From contig JAFWYB010000032.1 in assembly GCA_017517865.1 (NCBI GenBank), positions 6,915-70,914 on the forward strand: a stretch of DNA of 64,000 nucleotides. Reading direction: 5' to 3'. The DNA comes from Clostridia bacterium. Its GTDB lineage: Bacteria; Bacillota; Clostridia; Oscillospirales; Acutalibacteraceae. The translations under genes and the position numbers were made by a program. Below the pieces are notes generated by a model, which made no database searches, was not told where the DNA came from, and worked only from the letters and a program-made list of their open reading frames with translations. Positions 45,370 through 54,102 of the stretch are shown here, one piece after another; the stretch's first letter is position 1; every line of letters begins with the position of its first letter.

Positions 45370-47136
45370 ATGGCAGAAAGAAAAAAACAGTCCCTTCTTA
45401 CGGGTGCAGGTGTTCTTGCCATAGCAACCATACTTGTCAAGCTTATAGGTGCAGTTTTTAAAATCCCCATAAACAACCTTTTGGGAACTGAGGGCTACGG
45501 CTACTTTACCGGTGCCTATGCGGTTTATACACCTCTTTATGCAATTTCAATGGCAGGTCTTCCCGTTGCCGTATCAAAGCTCGTTTCACAGAATATGGAG
45601 CTCGGAAGAGTAAAGGACGCCAAGGCTATATTCAAGGTTGCGCAGAAAATGTTCTTCCTTGTGGGTGTAGCAGGTACTCTCATACTTATGGCAATAGCCA
45701 TACCGTATTCAAACCTCAATGAGGCTCCTATGAACTTTGTGAGTATTTTTGCCGTTGCACCCTGTGTGCTTTTCTGTTGTATGATGTCATCCTTCAGAGG
45801 TTACTACGAGGGCCTTAACAATATGACTCCCACAGGTGTATCTCAGGTTATAGAGGCTGTTGTTAAGCTTATTTTCGGTCTGAGTGCAACCTATGTGTTT
45901 ATGAAGGCAACCGTATCCCATTACGAAAAGAACGCCGTAAACGGAGCGATGAAGCTTTTCGGCGTTGAGGTTACTACAGAGGCAGAGGCACTTGCTGCCA
46001 TTTACCCCTACGCTGCTGCTGTTGCTATTCTGGGTGTTACTCTCGGCTCAGCCTTCGGTCTTGTTTATCTTTACATAAGATATAAGAGAAAGGGCTTCGG
46101 CTTCACAAGAGAGGAGCTTGTCAATTCACCGGAGGCAAAGAGCAACAAGGCTATCTTAAAAGCGCTTCTCGGTATCTCAATTCCCGTTGCGGCGGCTTCA
46201 CTCGTTACAAATATCAGTAACCTTATAGACGACATAACCATCAGAAGCAGGCTTGTTACTGCTTTGAGCGAAGGCTTCGATACGGTCAAGGGAATGTATA
46301 TTGATACTCTTACCGTTGACCAGACTCTCGACGAAAATATCTCAACATACCTTTACGGTATGCACGGCTCGGTTATCAACATAAAAAACCTTATTCCCTC
46401 CCTTACTCTCGTTCTCGGTATAAGCGCTATTCCCGTGCTTTCAAAGGCCTGGACCGCTAAAAACAAGAAGGACATCAAGGTTTGTATTGAGTCTGCGCTC
46501 AGGGTTGCTATGCTCGTGGCTATGCCCGCCGGTATCGGTATTGCCGTTCTTTCGGAGCCTATACTCAACCTTCTTTACGGAAGCGGCAACGAATATTTTG
46601 CTCCCTCTGCCGCATTTATGATGACTGTCTACGGCCTTGCCGTACCTCTCTTTGCTCTTGCTTCACCGCTTACCAATATGCTTCAGGCCGTGGGTAAGAC
46701 AAAGGTGCCTATTGTCACTATGCTTATAGGCGGTGTAATAAAGGTAACTCTCAACTTTATTCTTATTGCAAATCCCGAAATCAATATCAAGGGAGCCTGC
46801 ATAAGCTCAACGGTCTGCTATCTTGTAATGGTTACGATAAATATATTCCAGCTTACAAGAGCAACGGGAGTTAAGCTTAATTACATCTCAGTTTTCTTAA
46901 AGCCCTTTATAGCTGCACTCTTCTGCGGCGTAGGTGCTTTCTTAGGAAATTTACTTTTAGTTGATGTTATGGGCATTGAAAGCCGCCTTACTACTATAGT
47001 TGCAGTGTGCTTCGGCGGTGCTTTTTATGCAATTTCTATACTTTTAGTTAAAGGAATTGTTAAAGATGACTTGGAAATGATTCCAAAAGGAGAAAAAATT
47101 GCAAAAGTCCTTGCAAAATTTGGATTATTAGGGTAA
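45370..47136 (+). CDS. MOP-superfamily flippase (polysaccharide biosynthesis protein, YabM/SpoVB/MurJ-like)
   Basis: 588 aa, about 14 TM segments. Position upstream of mazG as in the B. subtilis yabM-yabN block. Confidence 0.8.
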   Translation: MAERKKQSLLTGAGVLAIATILVKLIGAVFKIPINNLLGTEGYGYFTGAYAVYTPLYAISMAGLPVAVSKLVSQNMELGRVKDAKAIFKVAQKMFFLVGVAGTLILMAIAIPYSNLNEAPMNFVSIFAVAPCVLFCCMMSSFRGYYEGLNNMTPTGVSQVIEAVVKLIFGLSATYVFMKATVSHYEKNAVNGAMKLFGVEVTTEAEALAAIYPYAAAVAILGVTLGSAFGLVYLYIRYKRKGFGFTREELVNSPEAKSNKAILKALLGISIPVAAASLVTNISNLIDDITIRSRLVTALSEGFDTVKGMYIDTLTVDQTLDENISTYLYGMHGSVINIKNLIPSLTLVLGISAIPVLSKAWTAKNKKDIKVCIESALRVAMLVAMPAGIGIAVLSEPILNLLYGSGNEYFAPSAAFMMTVYGLAVPLFALASPLTNMLQAVGKTKVPIVTMLIGGVIKVTLNFILIANPEINIKGACISSTVCYLVMVTINIFQLTRATGVKLNYISVFLKPFIAALFCGVGAFLGNLLLVDVMGIESRLTTIVAVCFGGAFYAISILLVKGIVKDDLEMIPKGEKIAKVLAKFGLLG

Positions 47137-47160
47137 AATAGTCATATTGAGGTTTTAATT

Positions 47161-47973
47161 ATGGCAGACTTTGAATTTAAAGAAAAATACAATATCGGGG
47201 ATTTGCTCGAAATTATGAAAATACTCCGTGCTCCCGGCGGTTGTCCCTGGGATGCTGAGCAGACTCATGAGAGTATAAAAAAAGACTTTATCGAAGAAAC
47301 CTACGAAGCAATCGAGGCAATCAACAAAAAGGATAAGGTGCTTCTAGAGGAAGAATTAGGCGACGTACTTTTGCAGGTCGTTTTCCACTGCGAGATTGAA
47401 AGAGCGGAAGGCTCCTTCGATTTCGATGATGTTACAGACGGAATCTGTAAAAAGCTAATTGAGCGTCATCCTCACGTTTTCGGTGAGGTCAAGGTTTCGG
47501 GCACGGATGAGGTTCTTTCTAACTGGGACGATATCAAGCGTAAAAGCAAGAATCAGAAAACCCAGGGCAGTTCAATGCTTAAGGTGCCTAAGGAGCTTCC
47601 CGCTCTTATGAGAGCTCAGAAAATACAGTCCAAGGCTAAAAAGGCAGGTTTTGACTGGGATGATATGAGTGGTGCCTTTGATGCTCTTGAAAGTGAAATC
47701 AGAGAGCTCAGAGAGGCGGTTGCTTCAAAAAGTCAGGCTGAAATTGAAGAGGAACTCGGTGACGTGCTTTTCTCAGCCGTCAATGTTTCAAGGTTTGTGG
47801 GTGTAGACTCGGAAGAGGCACTTACACGTTCAAACGAAAAGTTTATCACACGCTTTCTTGAGGTTGAAAGGCTTGCTTCAGAACGTGGGATAGATATGAA
47901 AAACACGCCGATTGATGAGCTTGACGAGCTCTGGAAAGAGGCAAAAATCAACTTGGTATCCAATCGGGAATAA
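47161..47973 (+). CDS. mazG: nucleoside triphosphate pyrophosphohydrolase MazG
   Basis: Two MazG repeats with [10 protein letters not shown] and [11 protein letters not shown]. Confidence 0.9.
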   Translation: MADFEFKEKYNIGDLLEIMKILRAPGGCPWDAEQTHESIKKDFIEETYEAIEAINKKDKVLLEEELGDVLLQVVFHCEIERAEGSFDFDDVTDGICKKLIERHPHVFGEVKVSGTDEVLSNWDDIKRKSKNQKTQGSSMLKVPKELPALMRAQKIQSKAKKAGFDWDDMSGAFDALESEIRELREAVASKSQAEIEEELGDVLFSAVNVSRFVGVDSEEALTRSNEKFITRFLEVERLASERGIDMKNTPIDELDELWKEAKINLVSNRE

Positions 47974-48010
47974 ACCCGTGGAAAATATAATATCTATGGA
48001 GGATAAAAAA

Positions 48011-48283
48011 ATGAATAAAACCGAACTTATCAATGCAGTTGCAGCTAAGGCTGAAATCACAAAGAAGGATGCTGACAAGGCAGTAGCAGCAGTTCTTGCA
48101 GCTATCGAAGAAGCACTCGTTAAGGGTGACAAGGTTCAGCTTATCGGCTTCGGCACATTTGAGGTTAAGGAAAGAGCAGCAAGAACAGGTCACAACCCCC
48201 AGACCGGTGCAGCAATCGAAATCGCAGCATCAAAGATTCCTTCCTTCAAGGCAAGCTCAACTCTTAAGAACGCTGTAAAATAA
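48011..48283 (+). CDS. hup: DNA-binding protein HU
   Basis: ATG 48011 behind a [20 protein letters not shown]...[21 protein letters not shown]: classic HU. Confidence 0.95.
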   Translation: MNKTELINAVAAKAEITKKDADKAVAAVLAAIEEALVKGDKVQLIGFGTFEVKERAARTGHNPQTGAAIEIAASKIPSFKASSTLKNAVK

Positions 48284-48291
48284 TTGCGAAA

Positions 48292-48324
48292 GGGACCGTC
48301 AACCCGACGGTCCCGGATTTTTTT
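48292..48324 (+). terminator. rho-independent terminator after hup
   Basis: Stem GGGACCGTC/GACGGTCCC (48292-48300/48306-48314) then GGATTTTTTT. Confidence 0.85.
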
Positions 48325-48334
48325 CGGAGGTACT

Positions 48335-48577
48335 ATGAGGCTTGACAAATACCTTAAGGTTTCCCGTCTGATAAAAAGAAGAACCGTTGCCAATGAGGTC
48401 TGCGATGCGGGCAGAGTTACCGTTAACGGTAAGGTCGCCAGAGCATCCTACAATGTTAAAGAGGGCGACATAATTGAAATTCAGATGGGTGAAAATTTTC
48501 TGAAGGCAGAGGTGCTTATTGTTACAGAGCACGCCACAAAAAACGATGCAGGACTTATGTATAAAATCATAAAGTAA
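48335..48577 (+). CDS. yabO: S4-domain RNA-binding protein (YabO/RqcP-like)
   Basis: ATG 48335 behind a GGAGG RBS. MRLDKYLKVSRLIKRRT S4 motif. Synteny with yabP/yabQ. Confidence 0.85.
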   Translation: MRLDKYLKVSRLIKRRTVANEVCDAGRVTVNGKVARASYNVKEGDIIEIQMGENFLKAEVLIVTEHATKNDAGLMYKIIK

Positions 48578-48596
48578 GCCTGAAACGAATACAATT

Positions 48597-48634
48597 GCAG
48601 AAGAGAAGATCTTTTCTCTTCTGCTTTTATTTTT
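48597..48634 (+). terminator. rho-independent terminator after yabO
   Basis: Stem GCAGAAGAGAA/TTCTCTTCTGC (48597-48607/48614-48624) then TTTTATTTTT. Confidence 0.8.
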
Positions 48635-48647
48635 CGGAGGTGCTTTT

Positions 48648-48929
48648 ATGGCTGACGGTAAGGATAAACTTTTAATGCCTCATAATATTACGCTTAAAGA
48701 CAGAAAACATCTCACCGTTTCGGGTGTTACGGACGTTGATTCCTTTGACGAGGTTACCATTGTTGCTTATACCGATACGGGTGAGCTTACAATAAAAGGG
48801 GAGGAGCTTAAAATAAACAGACTCAACACCGAAACGGGGGAGCTGAATGTTGAAGGCAGAATAAGCTCCCTTTCTTATCTTGACGAGGAGCCTGCCGCCC
48901 GCTCCTTTTTCTCAAGGGTGTTCAGATGA
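48648..48929 (+). CDS. yabP: sporulation protein YabP
   Basis: 93 aa. HNITLKDRKHLTVSGVTDVDSFDE...GELTIKGEEL typical of YabP. Synteny. Confidence 0.85.
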   Translation: MADGKDKLLMPHNITLKDRKHLTVSGVTDVDSFDEVTIVAYTDTGELTIKGEELKINRLNTETGELNVEGRISSLSYLDEEPAARSFFSRVFR

Positions 48930-49411
48930 ATTACAGTGAGCCTCTTTCAAACCAGCTGAGTGTTTTTCTTTCGGGAGTCGGCTTCGGGTTTATTATGTGC
49001 GGACTTTATATTTCAATAAAGCTTCTGTTCAGGCTTTTTGGCAAGGGCAGACTGACCGTTATGCTTTCCGATGCTGCTTTCGTGCTTTCGGGCAGCATCA
49101 TATCCTTTTTCTTTATGATAATTATAAACAGCGGAACAGTCAGATTCAATCTTGTTATTGCGCAGTTTTTCGGCGGACTTGTAATATATTTCACCATGGG
49201 CAGATATTTTCTCAGGGTGATATATCCGCTTTGTGACCTTACTCATATGCTTATAAAAAAGCTTCTATATCCCGTCAGAGTATACTTCAAAGCTTTTTTT
49301 AACGCTGCAAAAGCTATTTGTTTTAAATTTACAAATTTGAAGGATAAAAAGAAGGATAAAAAAGTCGGCAATAAAAGGAAAAAATTTAAAATTATACACA
49401 AATCCTCTTGA
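48926..49411 (+). CDS. yabQ: spore cortex biosynthesis protein YabQ-like membrane protein
   Basis: ATGA overlap with the yabP stop. Multi-TM with basic tail. Call based on position between yabP and divIC. Confidence 0.65.
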   Translation: MNYSEPLSNQLSVFLSGVGFGFIMCGLYISIKLLFRLFGKGRLTVMLSDAAFVLSGSIISFFFMIIINSGTVRFNLVIAQFFGGLVIYFTMGRYFLRVIYPLCDLTHMLIKKLLYPVRVYFKAFFNAAKAICFKFTNLKDKKKDKKVGNKRKKFKIIHKSS

Positions 49412-49474
49412 AATCTGAAAATAAATAAGTATAATTAAATATAAGTATTGATATTTGTGTCAGAGGGTGAAGCA

Positions 49475-49801
49475 GTGGCAGTTAAAGATTTTGCAAGTGC
49501 AAAAAAGAGCCGTAAAAGGTTCAGACCGTCAAAAGTGCATATTCTTATAGCAGTTGCTGTTGTTGCTCTGTTTTCGGTAACACTTTTCGGTTGTATATTG
49601 CCTAACTATGCAAGTGCTGCAGAATATGAGGAACAGACCTCACAACTCAAAAGCGAAATGGCGGCGCTTGACGCTGAAAGTGAAAGAATCAGTGATTCTC
49701 TCAGTGATAAAGAGGCGCTTTTTGAAAAGATTGCAAGAGAAGAATACGGCTATTGTAAACCCGGCGAAAAGGTGTTTTACAGCTCTTCTTTCAGTGAATA
49801 A
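49475..49801 (+). CDS. divIC: septum formation initiator family protein (FtsB/DivIC)
   Basis: GTG 49475 behind an AGAGGG RBS (the ORF opens at TTG 49448). One TM, a coiled coil, and IAREEYGYCKPGEKVF ending typical of DivIC/FtsB. Confidence 0.7.
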   Translation: MAVKDFASAKKSRKRFRPSKVHILIAVAVVALFSVTLFGCILPNYASAAEYEEQTSQLKSEMAALDAESERISDSLSDKEALFEKIAREEYGYCKPGEKVFYSSSFSE

Positions 49802-49825
49802 ATTTTAGGAGGAAAACATCTTTTT

Positions 49826-50272
49826 ATGCTCGAAATCGGTGCAATTGTTGAAGGTAAAGTAACAGGTCTTACAGCATTCGGCGCATTTGTCAGTCTGCCT
49901 GACGGAAAAAGCGGAATGGTACATATTTCAGAGGTATCAAACACCTTCGTTAAGGATATCAAGGAATTCCTTAAAGAGGGGCAGGAGGTTAAGGTAAAGG
50001 TTGTCGGCATAAGTGACGAGGGCAAAATCAGCCTTTCAATCAAAAAGGCAAGTGAAGAGCCACGCGACTCAAAGATCAGACAAGCAGGCAGAACCAGACC
50101 TCAGGGTGACAGACCAAGAGCAAACGTATGGCAGGGTCAGCAGAAGCAGCCTAAGGAGGCTATGTCCTTTGAGGAAATGATGGCTCAGTTCAAGGCGGTC
50201 AGTGATGAAAAGATGTCAGATCTCAAGCGCTCAACTGATTCGAGACAGGGTTCCGGCAGGCGCGGCAGATAA
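49826..50272 (+). CDS. yabR: S1 RNA-binding domain protein (YabR-like)
   Basis: S1 domain IGAIVEGKVTGLTAFGAFVSLPDGKSGMVHISE. Basic C-terminal tail. Synteny. Confidence 0.85.
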   Translation: MLEIGAIVEGKVTGLTAFGAFVSLPDGKSGMVHISEVSNTFVKDIKEFLKEGQEVKVKVVGISDEGKISLSIKKASEEPRDSKIRQAGRTRPQGDRPRANVWQGQQKQPKEAMSFEEMMAQFKAVSDEKMSDLKRSTDSRQGSGRRGR

Positions 50273-50279
50273 GATATAT

Positions 50280-50311
50280 GCACACTCTTTAAAGAGTGTG
50301 CTTCTTTTTTT
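50280..50311 (+). terminator. rho-independent terminator
   Basis: Perfect palindrome GCACACTCTTTAAAGAGTGTGC (50280-50301) followed by TTCTTTTTTT. Confidence 0.85.
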
Positions 50312-50343
50312 GCGTCTGCTTTTGCTGAAGATTATTTTTATAT

Positions 50344-50372
50344 GTATATCTTTCGGTTGGCAAGCATATAAA
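50344..50372 (+). promoter_or_regulatory. possible sigma-E-type sporulation promoter upstream of spoIVA
   Basis: GTATATC (50344-50350), 14-nt spacer, CATATAAA (50365-50372). Compared from memory with the sigma-E consensus kmATAww-N14-CATACAmT; the match is partial. Confidence 0.3.
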
Positions 50373-50405
50373 TTGAGTGTAAAAAACTGAAAAGAGGATG
50401 CAGAG

Positions 50406-51884
50406 ATGACAAACAGGAATATTTATAACTCAATAGCAACCAGAACGGGAGGAGATATATACATCGGCGTTGTCGGTCCGGTAAGAACGGGTAAATCCAC
50501 ACTTATCAAGCGATTGATGGATGTTGCGGTTTTACCTAATCTTAAGAACGAGGCCGTTAAGGCACGCGCTATGGATGAGCTGCCGCAGTCCTCTGCAGGC
50601 AGAACGATAATGACAACGGAGCCCAAGTTTATTCCCGAAAACGGTGTTGAGCTTGAGATAGGTGACTGTACCAGATTCAGTCTGAGGCTTATTGACTGTG
50701 TAGGCTATATAGTGCCGGGTGCTATCGGCTACATAGAAAACAATCAGCCGAGAATGGTACGCACCCCCTGGTTTGAAAAAGAAATTCCTTTTAATATGGC
50801 AGCGGAGATAGGCACGAAAAAGGTTATTGCTGAGCATTCCACAATAGGACTTGTTGTGACAACCGACGGCACGATAGGAGATATTGCCCGCGACGATTAC
50901 ACTGAGGCTGAGTGCAGAGTCATAGACGAGCTCAGGCAGGCCGGTAAGCCCTTTGTTGTTCTGCTGAACAGCAAGACTCCCGATTCTGCCGAGTGTGCAG
51001 CTCTTGCCGAAAGCCTTTCGGAAAAATACGCGGTTACGGTTCTTCCCGTAAACTGCAGATCACTCACCGCTGAAAAAACGGAAGAAATACTTGCAGCGGT
51101 GCTTCATGAATTCCCGATTAAAGAGATACAGCTTGATTTTCCGCATTGGATAAACAGACTTGATAAGGGCCACGAAATAAGAAAAGAACTCTTTTCAGCC
51201 GTCAGAGAAGCTTCAGCCGGGCTTAGCCGTATAAAGGATGCTGAGAATTTTGCTTCGGCACTGAGAGGAAAAAAATGGGTCTCAGATTGCAGAATTGACA
51301 GCATAGACCTTTCCTGCGGCTGTGTAAGGGTAAAGCTTACCCCGCCGTCAGATGCCTTCTATAAGGTTCTGAGCGAAAAAACAGGCACGCCAATTTCAGA
51401 TGAGCAGCAGCTTATGGATATACTTATGGAGCTTACCTCTGTTAAGAAGGAGTACGGACGCTTCAGAGAAGCACTTGACGAGGTTGAAAAGACCGGCTAC
51501 GGCATAGTAATGCCTACAATGGAGGAGCTGAGCCTTGAAGATCCCGAAATAATGAAGCAGGGCGGAAGATACGGAGTGAGACTTAAGGCCTCTGCACCGT
51601 CAATCCATATGCTTAAAGCGAATATTACTACAGAGGTTGCACCAATAGTCGGTACGGAAAGTCAGTCCGAAGAGCTTATTATGTATCTTCTCAAGGAATT
51701 TGAGGAGGATCCGTCAAAGATATGGGAGTCAAACATTTTCGGCAAAACTCTTAACAGCCTTGTTAACGAGGGACTTCATAATAAGCTTTACAAAATGCCG
51801 TCAGACGCGAGGATGAAGCTTCAGGAAACCCTTGAAAGGGTAATAAACGAGGGCTGCAGCGGACTTATATGTATAATATTGTGA
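50406..51884 (+). CDS. spoIVA: stage IV sporulation protein A (spore coat morphogenetic ATPase)
   Basis: 492 aa. N-terminal IYNSIATRTGGDIYIGVVGPVRTGKST Walker A. Highly conserved SpoIVA layout. Confidence 0.95.
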   Translation: MTNRNIYNSIATRTGGDIYIGVVGPVRTGKSTLIKRLMDVAVLPNLKNEAVKARAMDELPQSSAGRTIMTTEPKFIPENGVELEIGDCTRFSLRLIDCVGYIVPGAIGYIENNQPRMVRTPWFEKEIPFNMAAEIGTKKVIAEHSTIGLVVTTDGTIGDIARDDYTEAECRVIDELRQAGKPFVVLLNSKTPDSAECAALAESLSEKYAVTVLPVNCRSLTAEKTEEILAAVLHEFPIKEIQLDFPHWINRLDKGHEIRKELFSAVREASAGLSRIKDAENFASALRGKKWVSDCRIDSIDLSCGCVRVKLTPPSDAFYKVLSEKTGTPISDEQQLMDILMELTSVKKEYGRFREALDEVEKTGYGIVMPTMEELSLEDPEIMKQGGRYGVRLKASAPSIHMLKANITTEVAPIVGTESQSEELIMYLLKEFEEDPSKIWESNIFGKTLNSLVNEGLHNKLYKMPSDARMKLQETLERVINEGCSGLICIIL

Positions 51885-51965
51885 TTAAAGAGTTTTACTT
51901 CGTTTTTCTGTTGAATTCTTCAGAGCTTTGGTATATAATTAAAAAAAACGCACAGGAGTAAAAAT

Positions 51966-53300
51966 ATGGGAAAGAAAATTATAATTGCCGGCGGCGGTCA
52001 CGGCGGTATAGGCTGCGGTGCTTTACTTGCACAAAAGGGCTTTGATGTAACGGTTTATGAAAAAAACAGCCGAAACGAAATGGGCTATGACTGGACAGAT
52101 ATTTTTGATAAGAAGGGCTTTGCGGCTATCGGTATGGATATGCCGGATGATGGTCTGTGGAGATTAAAGTACGATATGACCTTTTTCGGTCCGGGCATGA
52201 CCACAAAGCTCAGACAGGATACTCCTGTTGATCAGCTTGAAATACAGATGGAAAGACGTGCTCTTTACGATTGCATTATTGCCTATGCTGAAAAATGCGG
52301 AGTAAAATTTGAATACTCAAATGCCGTTGAGGCTCCTGTAATGCTTGGCAACCGTGTTGTGGGCATAAAAACCGAAAAGGGCGAATATTATGCAGATCTC
52401 GTTATAGATGCCTGCGGTATGAATTCTCCGCTCAGGAGGAAGTTGCCTGAGCATCTGGGTATCCAGAACGAAGCTCAGGCTTTTGAAAGCTTTTATGTGT
52501 GGCGTGCCTTTTTTGAAAAAGGTGATTTTGACGGAAAAATTGAGGATAAGTTTAAGCTTTTTCTTCTTCCAAAGGGTGAACTTGGTATTTCATGGATTGA
52601 TGACGAAGAAAAATATACAGATGTGCTCATAGGCAGATTTGAGCCGCTTACCGAGCAAAGAGTAGAGAAGCTTATTGATGATATGCGCAAGGATTATCCT
52701 TCTATCGGCAAAAAAATATTAAGAGGCGGCAGCTTTGCACAAATTCCCGTAAGACAGCCTCTCGGAGTTCTTGTTGCAGACGGTTATGCGGCAATCGGCG
52801 ACAGTGCGTTTATGACTGTGCCTATTATCGGTTCGGGTATAGCAAACAGTATGAAGGCTGCAAAAATTCTTGCAGAAACAATAATTGCAGACGAAACAGA
52901 AAGCTTCAGCGCAGCGGTATTGTGGAAATATCAGAAGGATTTTTTCTCGAAAACAGGAAACGGTCTTGCTCCGCTTGCACCGGTTAAGCTTCTTCTTACA
53001 AGGCTTGAGCCTATTGAGCTTGATTATATTTTCGAAAGAGGAATTCTCAATGCAGATGATATGACAATCAGCGCAGATTCTACAAGCCTGGCTTCAATGG
53101 TTAAGGATATGCTGGATCCGGAACCGTTGAAGGCAAAAATCAAGGGCCTTGCTGCAAGTCCCGTTGTTCTTAAAAAGATTATGCGTATGATAAAGGATAT
53201 TGCTGCGGTAACGGTAGTTACAACTGTTATGCCTCAGAAATATGATATAAAAAGGGTATACGCCTGGTCTGAAATGTATAATAAATGCTTCAAGAGATAA
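51966..53300 (+). CDS. FAD/NAD(P)-dependent oxidoreductase (geranylgeranyl reductase-like fold)
   Basis: N-terminal dinucleotide motif IIAGGGHGGIG...VTVYEKN. Confidence 0.7.
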   Translation: MGKKIIIAGGGHGGIGCGALLAQKGFDVTVYEKNSRNEMGYDWTDIFDKKGFAAIGMDMPDDGLWRLKYDMTFFGPGMTTKLRQDTPVDQLEIQMERRALYDCIIAYAEKCGVKFEYSNAVEAPVMLGNRVVGIKTEKGEYYADLVIDACGMNSPLRRKLPEHLGIQNEAQAFESFYVWRAFFEKGDFDGKIEDKFKLFLLPKGELGISWIDDEEKYTDVLIGRFEPLTEQRVEKLIDDMRKDYPSIGKKILRGGSFAQIPVRQPLGVLVADGYAAIGDSAFMTVPIIGSGIANSMKAAKILAETIIADETESFSAAVLWKYQKDFFSKTGNGLAPLAPVKLLLTRLEPIELDYIFERGILNADDMTISADSTSLASMVKDMLDPEPLKAKIKGLAASPVVLKKIMRMIKDIAAVTVVTTVMPQKYDIKRVYAWSEMYNKCFKR

Positions 53301-53301
53301 A

Positions 53302-53337
53302 TTTAAAGCTCACTCCTGCCGGGGAGTGAGCTTTAAA
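53302..53337. terminator. bidirectional terminator between convergent genes
   Basis: Stem TTTAAAGCTCACTCC/GGAGTGAGCTTTAAA (53302-53316/53323-53337). Confidence 0.75.
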
Positions 53338-54102
53338 TTATATTTTAAAAAGTCTTTTTGCGTTTTCATTGCAGATATCAATAAGCTCCTGAATGTCCAT
53401 ACCCTTGATTTCTGCAATTTTTTGGGCGGTATATGCAATATGAGCTGAATCACAGCGTGTACCTCTGAAAGGTACGGGGGTCATATACGGTGCATCTGTT
53501 TCAAGCAGAAGTCTGTCAAGGGGAAGTATTTTTGCAACCTCTACAGGCTTTACTGCATTCTTGAAGGTTATCGCACCGCCCATACCGATATACATACCGA
53601 GCTTTATGATTTCCTTAGCCATTTCGGCTGAGCCGGAAAAGCAGTGTACAACACCCTTGGGCTTGTGCTTTTTGAGCAGATTCATCGTATCCTCATGAGC
53701 CTCTCTGTCGTGGACTATAACAGGTAAATCAAGCTCATTTGCAAGCTTTATCTGCCTTTCAAATATCTCAATCTGCCTTTCTCTGGGTGAAAAATCATAG
53801 TGATAATCAAGACCTATTTCACCCACGGCAGCAACCTTTTTATTTTTATAAAGCTCTGCAATTTTCTGAAGGTCTTCTTCGGTCGCTTCCTCTGCTTCAT
53901 GAGCGTGAACGCCCAAAGCAGCATAAATGAAGTCATATTTTTCAGAGAGAGCAAGAGTTGACAGGGAGCTTTTGAGGTCACAGCCGCAGTTTACTATATG
54001 GCTTACACCTTTTGCAGGCAGAGAGGTTAAAAGCCTGTCTCTGTCCTCGTCGAAGCGGCTGTCATCGTAATGGGCGTGAGTGTCGAAAATATTGCTATAC
54101 AT
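53338..54102 (-). CDS. tatD: TatD family metal-dependent hydrolase/DNase
   Basis: N-terminal FDTHAH. 254 aa. The start shares 1 nt with the metG stop (TAATG). Confidence 0.92.
   Translation of the reverse strand: MYSNIFDTHAHYDDSRFDEDRDRLLTSLPAKGVSHIVNCGCDLKSSLSTLALSEKYDFIYAALGVHAHEAEEATEEDLQKIAELYKNKKVAAVGEIGLDYHYDFSPRERQIEIFERQIKLANELDLPVIVHDREAHEDTMNLLKKHKPKGVVHCFSGSAEMAKEIIKLGMYIGMGGAITFKNAVKPVEVAKILPLDRLLLETDAPYMTPVPFRGTRCDSAHIAYTAQKIAEIKGMDIQELIDICNENAKRLFKI

Noticed and set aside
47161-47973. MazG lacking the N-terminal methylase-like domain present in B. subtilis YabN.
   Set aside because: Stand-alone MazG in this syntenic position is, as far as I recall, the usual clostridial arrangement. 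It is not evidence of truncation.
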